Part shown: positions 1 to 12,189 of the stretch, piece by piece
Layout of the letters: every line of letters begins with the position of its first letter
Numbering within the stretch: position 1 is the stretch's first letter
Assembly: GCF_001194135.2 (NCBI RefSeq)
Contig: NC_068997.1
Coordinates: 6,066,379-6,130,378, forward strand
Source of the DNA: Octopus bimaculoides
Taxonomy: Eukaryota
DNA: 64,000 nt
Direction of reading: 5' to 3'
Position numbers and translations under genes: made by a program
The notes under the pieces: generated by a model
What the model was told of the DNA's origin: nothing
What the model saw: only the letters and a program-made list of their open reading frames with translations
Databases searched by the model: none

Positions 1-225
1 CATATATGTCGTATGTATGTCAATATGCATGTATATATGTGTCTATGTATGTGTGTATGTATGTATGTATGTATGTATGTATGTGTACGAACGTGTGTAC
101 ATATATATGTTTGCATGGATGTATGTAACTTTGTATGTACGTACATATAAATATGCGCGTATGAATGTCCGAATGTATGAATGCGTGTGTTTGTGCGTGC
201 GTAAATATGTATGTATGTAACATGT
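1..225. repeat. Degenerate (TATG)n/(TG)n microsatellite
   Basis: Runs of tatg/tgtg read directly; the overlapping ORFs are low-complexity artefacts. Confidence 0.9.
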
Positions 226-999
226 AATCCATTACAACCCATTGAATGGTTAGGCTGTAGGCTGTTAAATCGACAACTCTACCAAGCCTTGGGAGGGAGG
301 TTTTCGCTTGCCACGCTGCATGATGAAAAACAAAACTTATCTAAGGGTGGATGAACTCAGTCGAGTCCATATCATCTAACAGCTGGGTGTGAGAGAGACC
401 CCCTCCTAGTCTTTGTTTAGATAGAAGTAATCTCACCTTCGACTTCGTTTGCATCCAGTGATGTAGACTGGTTCTTGATTTTGGTCAAATGAATATGTTG
501 TTCAGAAAGTGTGATTAGCCCAGTGCAAGACATTTAATCACTTTCAAAAGCTTCGGGCACATGTGCTGTTTGATTTTTAACATTTCTAGTAACATCTCTA
601 CCACGTGTTGCTTAATATTGCTGTGTCGAGAAAGGCAAAACATCCAATGAAAAAATCCATGATGGAATGACGGTGTGCGCCAGTGTGGGTGGTAACTCTT
701 TGAACTCGTATTGCAGGAGGCACTCATTGTTGCCATATTTGTGCAACAGAGTGTAGGTCCTTAGCAGGACTGAAAATTCCTATCCGTACTGCTTATGTTT
801 AAGACAAAAATCAAACAATGTTATTGTTCGAAATCGAGTTGTAGCCATCATTTACCTACCTGCCTGCCTTCCTGCCTGTTAGTCTGTTTGTCGGTCTGTC
901 TGTTTGTCTGTCTGTCTGTGCAACCATTAATCCGGGCACCTTTTTTCTCCCCGTTTTTTCCCCCTCTCTCTCTATCTGTTTTCTCTCCTCATTCCTTTC

Positions 1000-1060
1000 C
1001 TTAGAAGAGCGTAGTCTCAAAACGTCAAAGACTTCTTCCATTTTCCCTTAGTACCAAAGT
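1000..1060 (+). repeat. Degenerate copy of the hammerhead-like repeat motif also at 39270-39330
   Basis: GAAGAGCGTAGTCTCAAAACGTCAAAGACTT here vs GAAGAGCGTAGCTCGAAACGTCAAAGACTT at 39278; core degraded. Confidence 0.6.
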
Positions 1061-1129
1061 AATATACCTTGTTTGTTGTTCTCTCACCCGTCTCTCTCTT
1101 TTGATTTTTGTCTTTTGTATAGTTTTGCA

Positions 1130-1130
<1 letters not shown>

Positions 1131-1191
<61 letters not shown>

Positions 1192-1210
1192 GTCTGTCTG
1201 TCTGTCTGTC
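1131..1210. repeat. (TCTA)n-(TCTG)n compound microsatellite
   Basis: Read directly; a similar compound array lies at ~4180-4265. Confidence 0.9.
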
Positions 1211-2113
1211 TTTTTCTCCTCTCTTAAATGCATATATGTATGTGTGTGCGCGTGCGTGCAAGTGTGTATGTGTGTGTATACACACCATACACATATACAT
1301 ATATATCACACATTCTTATAAAAGCAACTGTGGCGTTTAGTAACAGAATGTCGTAAGCACCATCCTGGCCATTTTCGAAGTTAGTGTATCGTTTTCTTTG
1401 TCTCGACGTCGAGAAACCGAAAAATTTGGGAGGAAGAACCGGTGAGGCTTGCAATAAGGTCGAAAATCCGGCTGAAAAAATTGTACCTTGACGCTGTTGA
1501 CACGACGCTCGCTCACCCAAACTCGGACCAGAGAGTTTAGTAGCACATCATCGTAAGCACACTCACACACAATCAGTAACTTTGGTGTGGTCCCTGTATC
1601 ATTTTTCGAGTGTTATGGCTCATTTTCTAATATTCTTCGTTACCATCGTAACGATAATGGGCTATTACCTTACTATCTTGTCTTACTTACCTCTTAAATA
1701 TACTTACCTTGGTATATTAAAACAGAAACAATACCTTGGGTGAGGGTCTCTGTATGCTTTTTGCTAGGTATTATAGCTAAAATATGCAATGCGATACACC
1801 GTTTCATTGTACCCATTTATTCTACAAAATGAGAAAGACGCAGTCATTGTTTAATCTTTCAGATGCAAACATAAATATATAATTTTACATCGGTGAAATG
1901 GTTAGAGGAGGTCTTCACGGTCATTTTAAGACCAAAACTAGCTTCCTAACTACATTCCTTGTCGATATATCGTATTCTGAATGTCGCGAAACTTTGTCAT
2001 TTTCTCGGTTTTTAAGTTGTGGCACTTACGCGGTCTGTTACTAAACGTTTCAATTGAAAGAAAAGAAATTACAAGGATAGAACTATAAAGACAACACCAC
2101 CACCACCACCACC

Positions 2114-2144
<31 letters not shown>

Positions 2145-2172
2145 TCAACAACACCGACTAGATCATATTTAC

Positions 2173-2301
2173 ATGTTAGAAGTCCACAGTCATGTCCAGT
2201 ATAATTGTTGGAACATTCGCAGTAATTTGAAGTTGTTAAACACCTTCCATTCTTGGCACACGATACTCCCCAACGTCTACAATCAAAGTCGACTTTCTGA
2301 G
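2173..2301 (-). CDS. Internal coding exon encoding one EGF-like domain (probable secreted EGF/EGF-ZP family protein)
   Basis: Acceptor tctttctcttgtccttcttcttttgcag and donor gtaaat; 129 nt, phase 1-1; translates (x)QKVDFDCRRWGVSCAKNGRCLTTSNYCECSNNYTGHDCGLLT with six Cys and the EGF signature C-x-C-x5-G-x2-C. Confidence 0.8.
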
Positions 2302-2455
2302 CTGCAAAAGAAGAAGGACAAGAGAAAGATGATTACAACAAATGTTATTTATTTCATATGTAAAATCATTATTGTAAGACAGACAAATAGATAAATAAAC
2401 ACAAGACACGCATAATGAAATAATAACGAATGCGTAAGTGGTTGGAGGGAGAGTT

Positions 2456-2655
2456 GCTAGTCACAGTGATGGTTAGCAGGGTTAATCACAATAGTAGTGG
2501 CAGGGTGGGGCTGCTAGTTACAATGGCATTGCAAGAGGGAGATGCTAGTTTTAACGGTAACAGCAGGAATGCTAGTCACAATAGTGGTAGCAGGAAGAGA
2601 TGCTAGTCACAATGGTGGTAGCAGGAAGAGATGCTAGTTACTATGGTGGTAGAAG
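2456..2655. repeat. ~31-bp minisatellite, about 7 diverged units (consensus GCTAGTCACAATGGTGGTAGCAGGAAGAGAT)
   Basis: GCTAGT recurs at ~27-31 nt spacing; the units at 2571-2632 are nearly identical; no unique spacers. Confidence 0.8.
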
Positions 2656-4180
2656 TGAATTCGTCTCCCAAACTTTAAGACGCTTTAAAAAAATTATAAA
2701 CAGAAAAACGACAAACAAATAGGACCGCAAACAATTACATTTTAACAAGTAATGTGTGGGGGGATAAGAGAGCAGCTCTTTACTGGAGAAATTGATACAA
2801 GAAAAATAGTGGAGGAAAACGATGTGCATTTGAAAGGGAAGCTGGAGGAAGCCCTGACCGATGCGAAGCACGATGAATATTCCATCTAACTGGATAGGCC
2901 ATGTGGAAGAATATGTTTATCCTTCCGGACCGAAGGTGGGGCAAGAAGATAGACAGAGCTGGGATGTCAATACATCAACCCTCAGAGTTGTGCCATGGTA
3001 GATGGGAAGATAAGGCGAGGAGAGAAGCAAAGCTAGGGTATCTCACACACCAGCCCACAGACTTGTGCTGTAACAGATCGAAAGATAAGGCGAAGATCTA
3101 GTCGCATCGCAGTAGATGGGGAAAAATCGTGAGGAGATACTGACGTTGACTGTTGGTTGTTATTTCTACGACAGTATGGGTAGGTGGTGAGATCAGGGCT
3201 GATTGGCGATAATATATGATAAGGTGGGGGTCCGCATGAACATTTGTGTCTTAGTGAGGTTCAAAGAACACGAGGCTATTTCGAAATTGTATTGCAGGAG
3301 CAGAAACGAAGTCAATTTGACTGGCGGTATAGAGCAGAAGGCGTAGTTGCTACACATGCGGAAGTAAAAGCCACATGAGGGTTTTCTGCTTAGAAGTGGA
3401 ACAACGATGCAAAGAGGGAACAGTCTATAAGTAAAGGCAGCACAACAACAACAAACTCCAGAAGGAAGAGCAAGGCTGCTGTCATTGCTGTTTCCACAAT
3501 ATCGTTGGTCGTAGCTTTGAGGATAGCTAGAAAGGAAACGAAGAAAAGTAGAATGGCATGGTTTTCAGTGCTAGCAGCATCAGGTGCCAGGAAGTAGGGG
3601 GCCCGGAAAGGTGTAAATGGGGGAAAATCTCAAGAACTGTAAATACGTGGGGTAATATAGAAAGAATGGTCCTAATCTAAAACATACAGTTTACTGATAA
3701 TCTTCACAGAAGGGCAAAAGTACGCCTACATGGTTGTGTGGGTCAGTAATGGAATTCATGGTTGTGAGGGTGAGTAGCGAGAAATTGGTGCAGATACTGA
3801 ATGAATTGAAAAAGTGCAACAGAAAAGTTATATTCATTAAAGTCGAGATTGGCAAGGATTACACCCAGCATAAAAATTATAGACGTTTGTTGAAAACCAC
3901 ACCAGAAATTAATCAACAGCTCAAGAAAGTTACTCAGAAGATGTAGGAGATTTCAGAGTAAGGCTCAAACCGAACATAGTTAGGTTCAGAGAAGCCTATT
4001 TGTAAAAGGGAAACCAAAGCGGAAAATGGTCGGGTGCCATATGGTACCCTGATTCAACCATGCTAGCAGGTTTGGCACTTGTGCGTGTGTGGGGCGGGGT
4101 GAGTTGCCCATATTTGTTTTGTATACAAAATTTTTAACCAGTCTTGATATATTATATGACAGTTCTCCTACACTACTTGA

Positions 4181-4233
<53 letters not shown>

Positions 4234-4310
4234 GTCTGTCTATCTGTCTGTCTGTCTGTCTGTCTATGTGTGCGTATGTATGTGTGTGTGCGTGCGTGCG
4301 CGTGTATATA

Positions 4311-5598
4311 CGACGGAGTGCCCAAAAGTAACCGGAAACACTCTCTATGGAACAAGCCAGTTGTAGTTCAGACTTCCGCCGCTAGAAACCACTTGAAGTG
4401 ACTCTCAGGCATAAGTGTGCCGACCGGCATCTACTAGTGAGGTCGTACTGCTACGTGGTGTGCCATTGTTTTGTAGTGCTTCTCCCTTGTTCGTCAATTT
4501 TTGCGATGGCTGAAACGAAGGAACAACGTTCTTCCGTAAAATTTTGTTTCCTGCTGGGGAAAAAGGGCGGCCGAAACAGTTGTCATGCTTCAAATAGCTT
4601 AGAAGGACGCTGCCATGATCAAAACACAAGTTTGCGAGTGGTTTCCACGCTTAAAGAATCGTCATTTGTTGCTCGAAGACCAATCTCGTTCACGGTGACC
4701 GTCGACCTCCCGAACGAATGAAAACATCCCGAAAATTCATGAACTGATCCTGGAGGATCATCGCCGAACAATTGACGAACTTGTTGATATGATTGGTATG
4801 TCCTGGAGCTCCTCCCAACAAATTTTGCGCGAGGAATTGTGACTGAAAAGAGTTGCAGCAAAATTTGTGCCTTGCTTGCTCACAGAAGATCCAAAGCAGT
4901 CACGACTGAATGTGTGTTGTGAACTGAAAGAACAGTTGGAAGTTGATCCGGATCTTTTTTCGAAGCTGGTGCTACAATCCGGAAACGAAGCAGCAATCAA
5001 GTCAATGGAAGCATTCAATGACACTACGCCTTTAAAAAGCGCGTCAAGTGAAGCCCAATGTCAAGACGATGCTGATTTGCTTCATGGATGCGAAAGGAAT
5101 TGTCCACACAGAATTTGTTCCTCTTGGCCAAACATTTTACCTGGAAGTTCTGAAGCGTCTGCGAGACGCAGTGAGACGAAAACGCTCCAATCTGTGGTAA
5201 AGTGGATAGTAGTGGTTTCATCACGACAATGCGCTTGTGCACACCGCCTTGAGTGTGAGATAGTTATTGACCAAAAATGGCATGACCCCGTTTGCTCACC
5301 CTCTCTATTCACCCGATATTGCTCCCTGCTACTTTTTTATTCCCCTGAATGAAAAAAAGTCCTTAAAGGAAAACGTTTTGCAGATGTGGAAGAGGTGAAG
5401 AAAAAAAAAAAGACAGAGGCGTTAAAAGGTATCACTTCGCAAAAGTTCCAGCACTACTTCGAACAGTGCAAAACGCGTCTGGACTGATGCATTTCTTCAA
5501 ATGGAGAATGTTTTAAAGGTGATAAAAGTGTAAACGTGTAAAAGTAAGTAAATAAAATGATATTGCAAAATTTTGATTTCTTTTGGGCACCACCTCGT
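4311..5598 (+). mobile_element. Full-length but decayed mariner transposon
   Basis: Imperfect TIRs (ACGACGGAGTGCCCAAAAG / revcomp ACGAGGTGGTGCCCAAAAG) in TA context, ~1.29 kb; frameshifted transposase pieces MAETKEQRSSVKFCFLLGK, KRVAAKFVPCLLT, HPLYSPDIAPC, KGKRFADVEEVK. Confidence 0.9.
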
Positions 5599-6698
5599 GT
5601 ATATGTGTGTGTGTGTGTGCGTGTGTGTGTGTGATTGAATACACACGCGCGTGCATACACATTCGCGCATGTGCGCGTACGCACATATATCCAATGTTAT
5701 GTGATTCTTTCATTTATATTACACGTAATTTATGTATGCATGTCTGTGACCAAGAAAGAAAAGGTTATTATTATTACTGAGTGATCAGCACACTCCATGA
5801 AAGGGACTCGCAGGTACAAATACAAATGGCTGCCCAGCTGACAAGGGTACATCAGGAACATGCATCACAACCGCGTGTGCAACATGATGATCTCATATCA
5901 AGATAAACAGCGCATGATCTTGCAAGTGGGGCTCAGTCAGAATTTTTTTCGGATCGAATAGCCTATCCTAGGTCGTTTAAGGATGATGAACGAGACACTC
6001 ATGTTTCCAGAATTAAGAGCAGAAGTCATGAGAACCACTGCACCGTACTTCATCATCATCATCACTGGATGTTACCGAGACAAAGTTTTGCAGAGAAGTT
6101 TTCCGTCTTGTGTGCGGATTATCTTCGAACAGGGGAGGTCAGCAGCTTCCCCTTGCTGGTTTGGCATCTACAGACTAGACTAGTTTCAGGGTGTTGCCCC
6201 TTGTCAATGCAGAGCAGCCGAATCCAGCAGACGTCGCTACTGACTATCTGTAGGAAGGTTATTTATCTAATTTCAGTGGAATACATCCACTGGTTTTCAG
6301 AAATAGAGATATTAATATTTCTAAGTCTCTCTAAAGGAGACTACGGCAGCGGTACTGGATATTAATAATTATCGCCAAGCCAACATGAAACTAGTCTAGT
6401 CTGCAGATGCCAAACAAGAAGTACTGCATGTCGTTTCCAAATTTCTAGAAACATACATACATAACACCAAATATATATGCATACATACATACATACATAC
6501 ATACATAACATCAAATATATACCCATACACATACACACACACATGTATACACAAATATATATAATTGTACATCTATAATGTGTGTATAATAAATAGTTTG
6601 ATTTGGCTCTACGAAGCATAATGTTTCGCAGGCTTCTAGCAGAAACATAGCTCGTTCAAGTTCAGATTACCTAATGGAGGAATATACATCGGCACTGG

Positions 6699-6750
<52 letters not shown>

Positions 6751-6828
6751 GTATGTATGTACATACATACATACATATAGGTATTGTACACACACATATC
6801 CATACATACATACGTACATACATATATA

Positions 6829-7968
6829 TACATGGTGCAGTGAATAATTGTTGTCTAAATTACACAAAAATGAAAATAACACTGACATCTCATTTTAACA
6901 GATATATTAACCAAAATTACGTAAAAATATCTTGAAATACTAAAGAGTAAATTTATTCAATAAAACCGCCATTGGCTTCAACCACGGCCTCCAGGCGACT
7001 TTGGAATCTCCTGTAGCTCTTCTGGACGGTCTCCTTGTTTAAGTTGGTGAACGTTGCTATAATTCTTGCCTACAGTTCATCTTTGGTGTTACAAGGAGTT
7101 TTGTTGGTCTCTCGCTCAACTATGGCACACACATAATAATCAGCGGGGTTGCAGTCTGGGGAGTTAGGTAGCCTGATGTTAGGGGTGACGTGGTCACGGA
7201 AATTGTCTGATAGCCATGACTGGGGACTCCTGCTTGTGAGGCATGGTGCAGAGTCCTGTTGCCAGACATAGGGTCTTCCAGCAGCCACCCTCTTGACCCA
7301 GGGAAGCACTAATCCTTCCAGGCACACGATGTAGGCCTCCATGTCGAGTGTGAGGCTGTGAAGGAAGATGAATGGAGGCATAATGTTGCCATTAGTAGTG
7401 ATCACTCCAAACACCATGATGTTGATTGGATGTTTGATTTTTATCACTCTCGGTACATGTTTTGAGGATATGGTAAGCCAACGGTTGTTCTGTGTGTTCA
7501 CCATCTAAGCCTAGCAGACATTTTTCTCGTCTGAGAAAAACCAAAGCATGTTTGGTTGGAGGGAATGCTTGAGTTTTTTCAAAAGCTTCCTAGCGCGTTC
7601 TTTCCTCTTGTCTTTGATGGCTTGGGATAAAAAATTGGCCCTTCTTTCTCATCTTGCATGAGGAATACCGAATGTCTTCATGCACTACCTGCCTGATAAG
7701 AAACTCTCATGTCCCTGGCGATGGACCTGATTGACTTGGAGGAATTGTTGTCAATCATGGCCTGGATCTCACCAACAAATCCAGGAGTTCTTTTCTTATT
7801 AGAACAATCAGAGTGAGTTTTCCGAGTTGCCGTACCTTCGTAATAACCATTAGACTCATCCAACTGTTTCTGAATCCTTTGCATTGTCTTCAGATTGACA
7901 CCTATGTTCGTATTACAGTTTCCGGCGTGAATGCCAAGCAGTACTGCATGTCGTTTCCAAATTTCTAG
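6829..7968 (-). mobile_element. DD37D/maT-type Tc1/mariner transposon, 5'-truncated and frameshifted
   Basis: ORF 7070-7504 has VWQQDSAPC and PNSPDCNPADYYV; N-terminal HTH piece in ORF 7678-7974; terminal region near 6829. Confidence 0.85.
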
Positions 7969-8037
7969 AAACATACATACATAACATCAAATATATATGC
8001 ATACATACATACATAACATCAAATATATACCCATACA

Positions 8038-8087
<50 letters not shown>

Positions 8088-8206
8088 TGCACAAATATAT
8101 ATTATTGTACATCTATAATGTGTGTATGATAAATATACATACAAATATGTATTTATATGCATATATTAACATCCTATACATACATACATTCATACATACA
8201 TACATG

Positions 8207-9185
8207 ATAGTAACATCGATCATCAAAGCAGTTTATCATAGACCAATAGCTGGATTACTACCTCCCACTTTGAAGGGTATGTATTTGCAATCCAGGAACA
8301 GGAAATATCAACTACATATCTGATGCACAAAAGAGATAGAGATGCAGGGAAAACCATAAAATGTGACAACCGATGCAAACTTTGTGGAGTTCACACTGAA
8401 GATATGCATATCATAAGCAGTTGTCCGAAAATGTCATCACGGTATTATCTGCCGATGAGACATGATGTTATAGCTAGGACACTATATAATGAAATCCTTC
8501 GGAAGGATAGCCCCCGAAGATAAAGAAATGAGAAATCACAATATGGTGGAAGCCATAACCACTCATAATAAAAATGAGTACTGGTGGAATGTCCCAGTGA
8601 AAACCTCAATAAAATGTAAACACAACAGGCCTGATATAATGATTTGGGATAGAGAAAAGAAAGTGTGCACAGTTGAGGAAATTAGCTACCCAATGGATGT
8701 TAACATAAAGCTGAAGATCAGTAAAAAAGAGAACACCAATGCTGAACTATTGAGAAATCTGCAGTTACTCTATCCAGATTACAAGTTCAAGTTTATACTT
8801 GTAAATATTGGTACACCGAGATATGTAACACACTACCTAAATACCAATCTTGAGAAATTAGGCTTCTCAAAACCAGAAAGGAGACTGCTAATTCGAAGAC
8901 TACAGATCCAATCCGTCACTGGAACTGTAAAAATCTGTAAAACTCTCCGGAAGTTTATCATTTAAATATATACAAGCATGTTTAGATATGCAACTATATT
9001 CATGAGAATACATACATAAAACATACAAATCTTCACATGCATACATACATACAAACATAATACATACATACATACATACATGCATACAAACAAACAAAAA
9101 TATCGTGTTGTTGATGTTGAAATTCCAATGAAGGAGTTCTTTCTCTATTGGGAAGAAATCTTGAAATAAACTGAATAATGATATA
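8207..9185 (+). mobile_element. 5'-truncated R4/Dong-type non-LTR retrotransposon (restriction-like endonuclease end)
   Basis: EGYVFAIQEQEIST, CCHC knuckle CKLC..HIISSC, RHDVIA, KHNRPDIMIWD..EISYPMDVNI (PD-D/ExK nuclease); stop at 8965; 3' end GAATAATGA followed by (TACA)n. Confidence 0.85.
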
Positions 9186-9229
9186 CATACATACATACAT
9201 GCACATATACAAATTCACACACGAATATA

Positions 9230-9260
<31 letters not shown>

Positions 9261-9570
9261 TTGTTCTTTCTCGAGCCATGCCTGGCTCATAAGGGCCGGT
9301 TTCCCGGTTTCATTGGCCTATGGGTTCCCCACCTGAACGGGACGCCGGTCTGTCGCAGGTGAGCTGCTAGATGCAGGAGGAAAGAGTGAGAGAAAGTTGT
9401 TGCCAAAGAGTCAGCAGAAGTTCGCCATTACCTTCTGCTGGAGCCGCGTGGAGCCGCGTGGAGCCTAGGTGTTTCGCTCATAAACACACACGTCACCCGG
9501 TCTGAGATTCGAAGCTGCGATTCCTTGACCGCGAGTCCGCTGCTGTAACCACTAGGCCATGTGCCTCCAC
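9261..9570 (-). mobile_element. tRNA-derived SINE (family C of this window)
   Basis: Head GGAGGCACATGGCCTAGTGGTTACAGCAGCGGACTCGCGG with A/B-box-like motifs; homologous to 63003-63303. Confidence 0.8.
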
Positions 9571-10159
9571 ACATATATATAGGATCTTAGCTATCAGTCC
9601 AGTGCGCAGGTGCTCGCGGCTGGGGATGACCCAAATAATTCGAAACTGTGTCAATCGCGCGATCCTGTTATTTGCTGGAGGGTAGTAGGGGTTCGGTCCC
9701 CCTGCTAGCGATATATCATATAAAGAGGGTGCAGAGCTTTGCACTGATAACCAGCTGGCGGAGAATCTGCCTGGGGTTAAGTTAGTAGTAACATTCAACT
9801 GCCACTTTGTTGTGGGAATTCGCTTTACTGTTTATATATATATATCTGTGTGTGTATGTGTCCATAAAACATACGTACACACCTGTGTACATACAAGTGT
9901 GTTTGTATGCTTTATCCCACCTTAGAGCAATGTTGTTAATCATTCTTTTACGTCAGAAATATATTAGAATTCTTTAGATACTTACTTTTAATGTTCCCCC
10001 ACTCATCCTTCCTCCTCTTCTCCTTCTTTTCCCTTCCCACCTCCCTCGTTCTCACCTTCTTTTTCTCTTCCATTGTAACATCTAGTTTAGTCACGTAATA
10101 TTCTCAATAAGCGCGCGCACACACACATACATATGTATACCTATATCACTGTGTGTATG

Positions 10160-10278
10160 TATGTCTCTCTCTCTGTGTCTCTCTCTCTGTGTCTCTCTCT
10201 CTGTGTCTCTCTCTCTGTGTCTCTCTCTCTGTGTCTCTCTCTCTGTGTCTCTCTCTCTGTGTCTCTCTCTCTGTGTCT
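10160..10278. repeat. 14-bp tandem repeat (TCTCTCTCTGTGTC)n running into an assembly gap
   Basis: About 8 near-exact units before the N-run. Confidence 0.9.
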
Positions 10279-10774
10279 NNNNNNNNNNNNNNNNNNNNNN
10301 NNNNNNNNNNNNNNNNNNNNNNNNNNNNNNNNNNNNNNNNNNNNNNNNNNNNNNNNNNNNNNNNNNNNNNNNNNNNNNNNNNNNNNNNNNNNNNNNNNNN
10401 NNNNNNNNNNNNNNNNNNNNNNNNNNNNNNNNNNNNNNNNNNNNNNNNNNNNNNNNNNNNNNNNNNNNNNNNNNNNNNNNNNNNNNNNNNNNNNNNNNNN
10501 NNNNNNNNNNNNNNNNNNNNNNNNNNNNNNNNNNNNNNNNNNNNNNNNNNNNNNNNNNNNNNNNNNNNNNNNNNNNNNNNNNNNNNNNNNNNNNNNNNNN
10601 NNNNNNNNNNNNNNNNNNNNNNNNNNNNNNNNNNNNNNNNNNNNNNNNNNNNNNNNNNATACGTAAATACACTCATATATACATATATATGTGTGCGTGT
10701 GTGTGTGTGAATGTGTGTGTGAGTACAATGTATTTGTGTGTATATAAATATATAATAAATATTTTAGTATATAT

Positions 10775-10826
<52 letters not shown>

Positions 10827-11150
10827 AATACATACATACATGTATTCACACATATATCACGATGTGTGTGTGTGTGAATGATGAATGGAGTAATTGTTAT
10901 TACATTTATTCCATGGTTTACAGTAATTTGAATAACGTGTGTGGAGTGACAAGTTAAATATCATGTATGAAGGCATAAATGAAAACAATGGTATAGTCGT
11001 GTCCATTATATAATGCATGTTACATAATGACTATCACAGTCATTTAGTTATAACCGAATGAACGAATATAATACAATTGCAAATTGGTTATTTCACTTAT
11101 GTAGAAAAAATATCTTATATCTTATTTGTCAAAGTTTGAAAAATAAGATA

Positions 11151-11220
11151 TTATCTTAACGCTTTACGGGGAAGAGAAAGTGCCTCAACGTTTCAGACGT
11201 CACTGCTTCATCAGAAGAAA
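11151..11220 (-). ncRNA. Hammerhead-ribozyme-like motif (type I topology), probably Penelope-associated
   Basis: UCUU-CUGAUGA-agcagugacgucu-GAAA-CGUU...AGCGU-U-AAGA: core intact, stem I 4 bp, stem III 5 bp, GUU triplet; stem II weak. Confidence 0.5.
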
Positions 11221-11312
11221 GAAAGAGAGCATAGAGTGTAAAGAGAAAGAGAGATAGTCCGAGAAAGAAAACTAGCGAAGGTTAGAAACCAAGTGGGAAT
11301 GCTGTTCTATGG

Positions 11313-11346
<34 letters not shown>

Positions 11347-12189
11347 TGTATGTATGTNNNNNNNNNNATGTATGTATGTATGTATGTATGTATGTATGTA
11401 TGTATGTATGTACGTCCATGACAAAAATCGCAAACTGCAGCATACACGTGATCACAAAAACACAAATTTCGCAACTTGCGAAGTAAACACAGCGATGTCA
11501 TTGGGTACACTGCTACTTGAAGGTCTCTGCTAGCACTCACAGCGCACGCAACCGTGTACTGTCATCTGTTGGCGCGCTACAGAGCTAGTTAGGGAACTTT
11601 TTTATACCACCTTGTAGATACAAGATACAGAAGATTTTGAGTTATACAGTAGTTACTCCGAGTTTTAAAGAGACGAAAGTTCTCGAGCGATAGAAATAGA
11701 AAAGAGAAATGATGCTTAAATTCAACTTACAAAAAATGGGTGTTATTTCTAATAATATTGTAATAAAATCCCTTTGAATAACAGACAAAGTTTCGGTATT
11801 GAGAGTACTTCTTAAATAATTCTATAGATATATATGAATAAACATATACAGCACTTATCAGGAGTATCAAGTATAGGTCAGGAATATAAAAAGCCAACAA
11901 TCACTCGCGAACGAGTATATCTTGGTATCATGTATAATATATACGCTTCTATTTTATAAAAATATTGGTTATAGAGTATCAGTTTGTAAAAAAAATAAGC
12001 CGAGGAGTATCAGTCTGTAAAAAGATAAGTCAAAGATTATCGATATATGCGATATATACGAATACAGGTGAAGACGTGTCAATATATAAGAATATAGGCT
12101 AGGAGTGTCGATGTTAAGGTATATAGATCAAGGGTATCGAGGTATAAGAATATAGGTCGGGTGTATCGATATATATGAAACGAAATCAG

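Noticed and set aside
1710-1826. Possible next exon of the EGF gene (acceptor at ~1826, donor at ~1710)
   Set aside because: Stops in all three frames.
2456-2655. CRISPR-like appearance of the 31-bp repeats
   Set aside because: Units are contiguous with no unique spacers, no cas genes, eukaryotic context.
2700-4100. Higher-complexity purine-rich stretch, suspected PLE or L1 remnant
   Set aside because: No RT, endonuclease or GIY-YIG motif recoverable in the frames I translated by hand.
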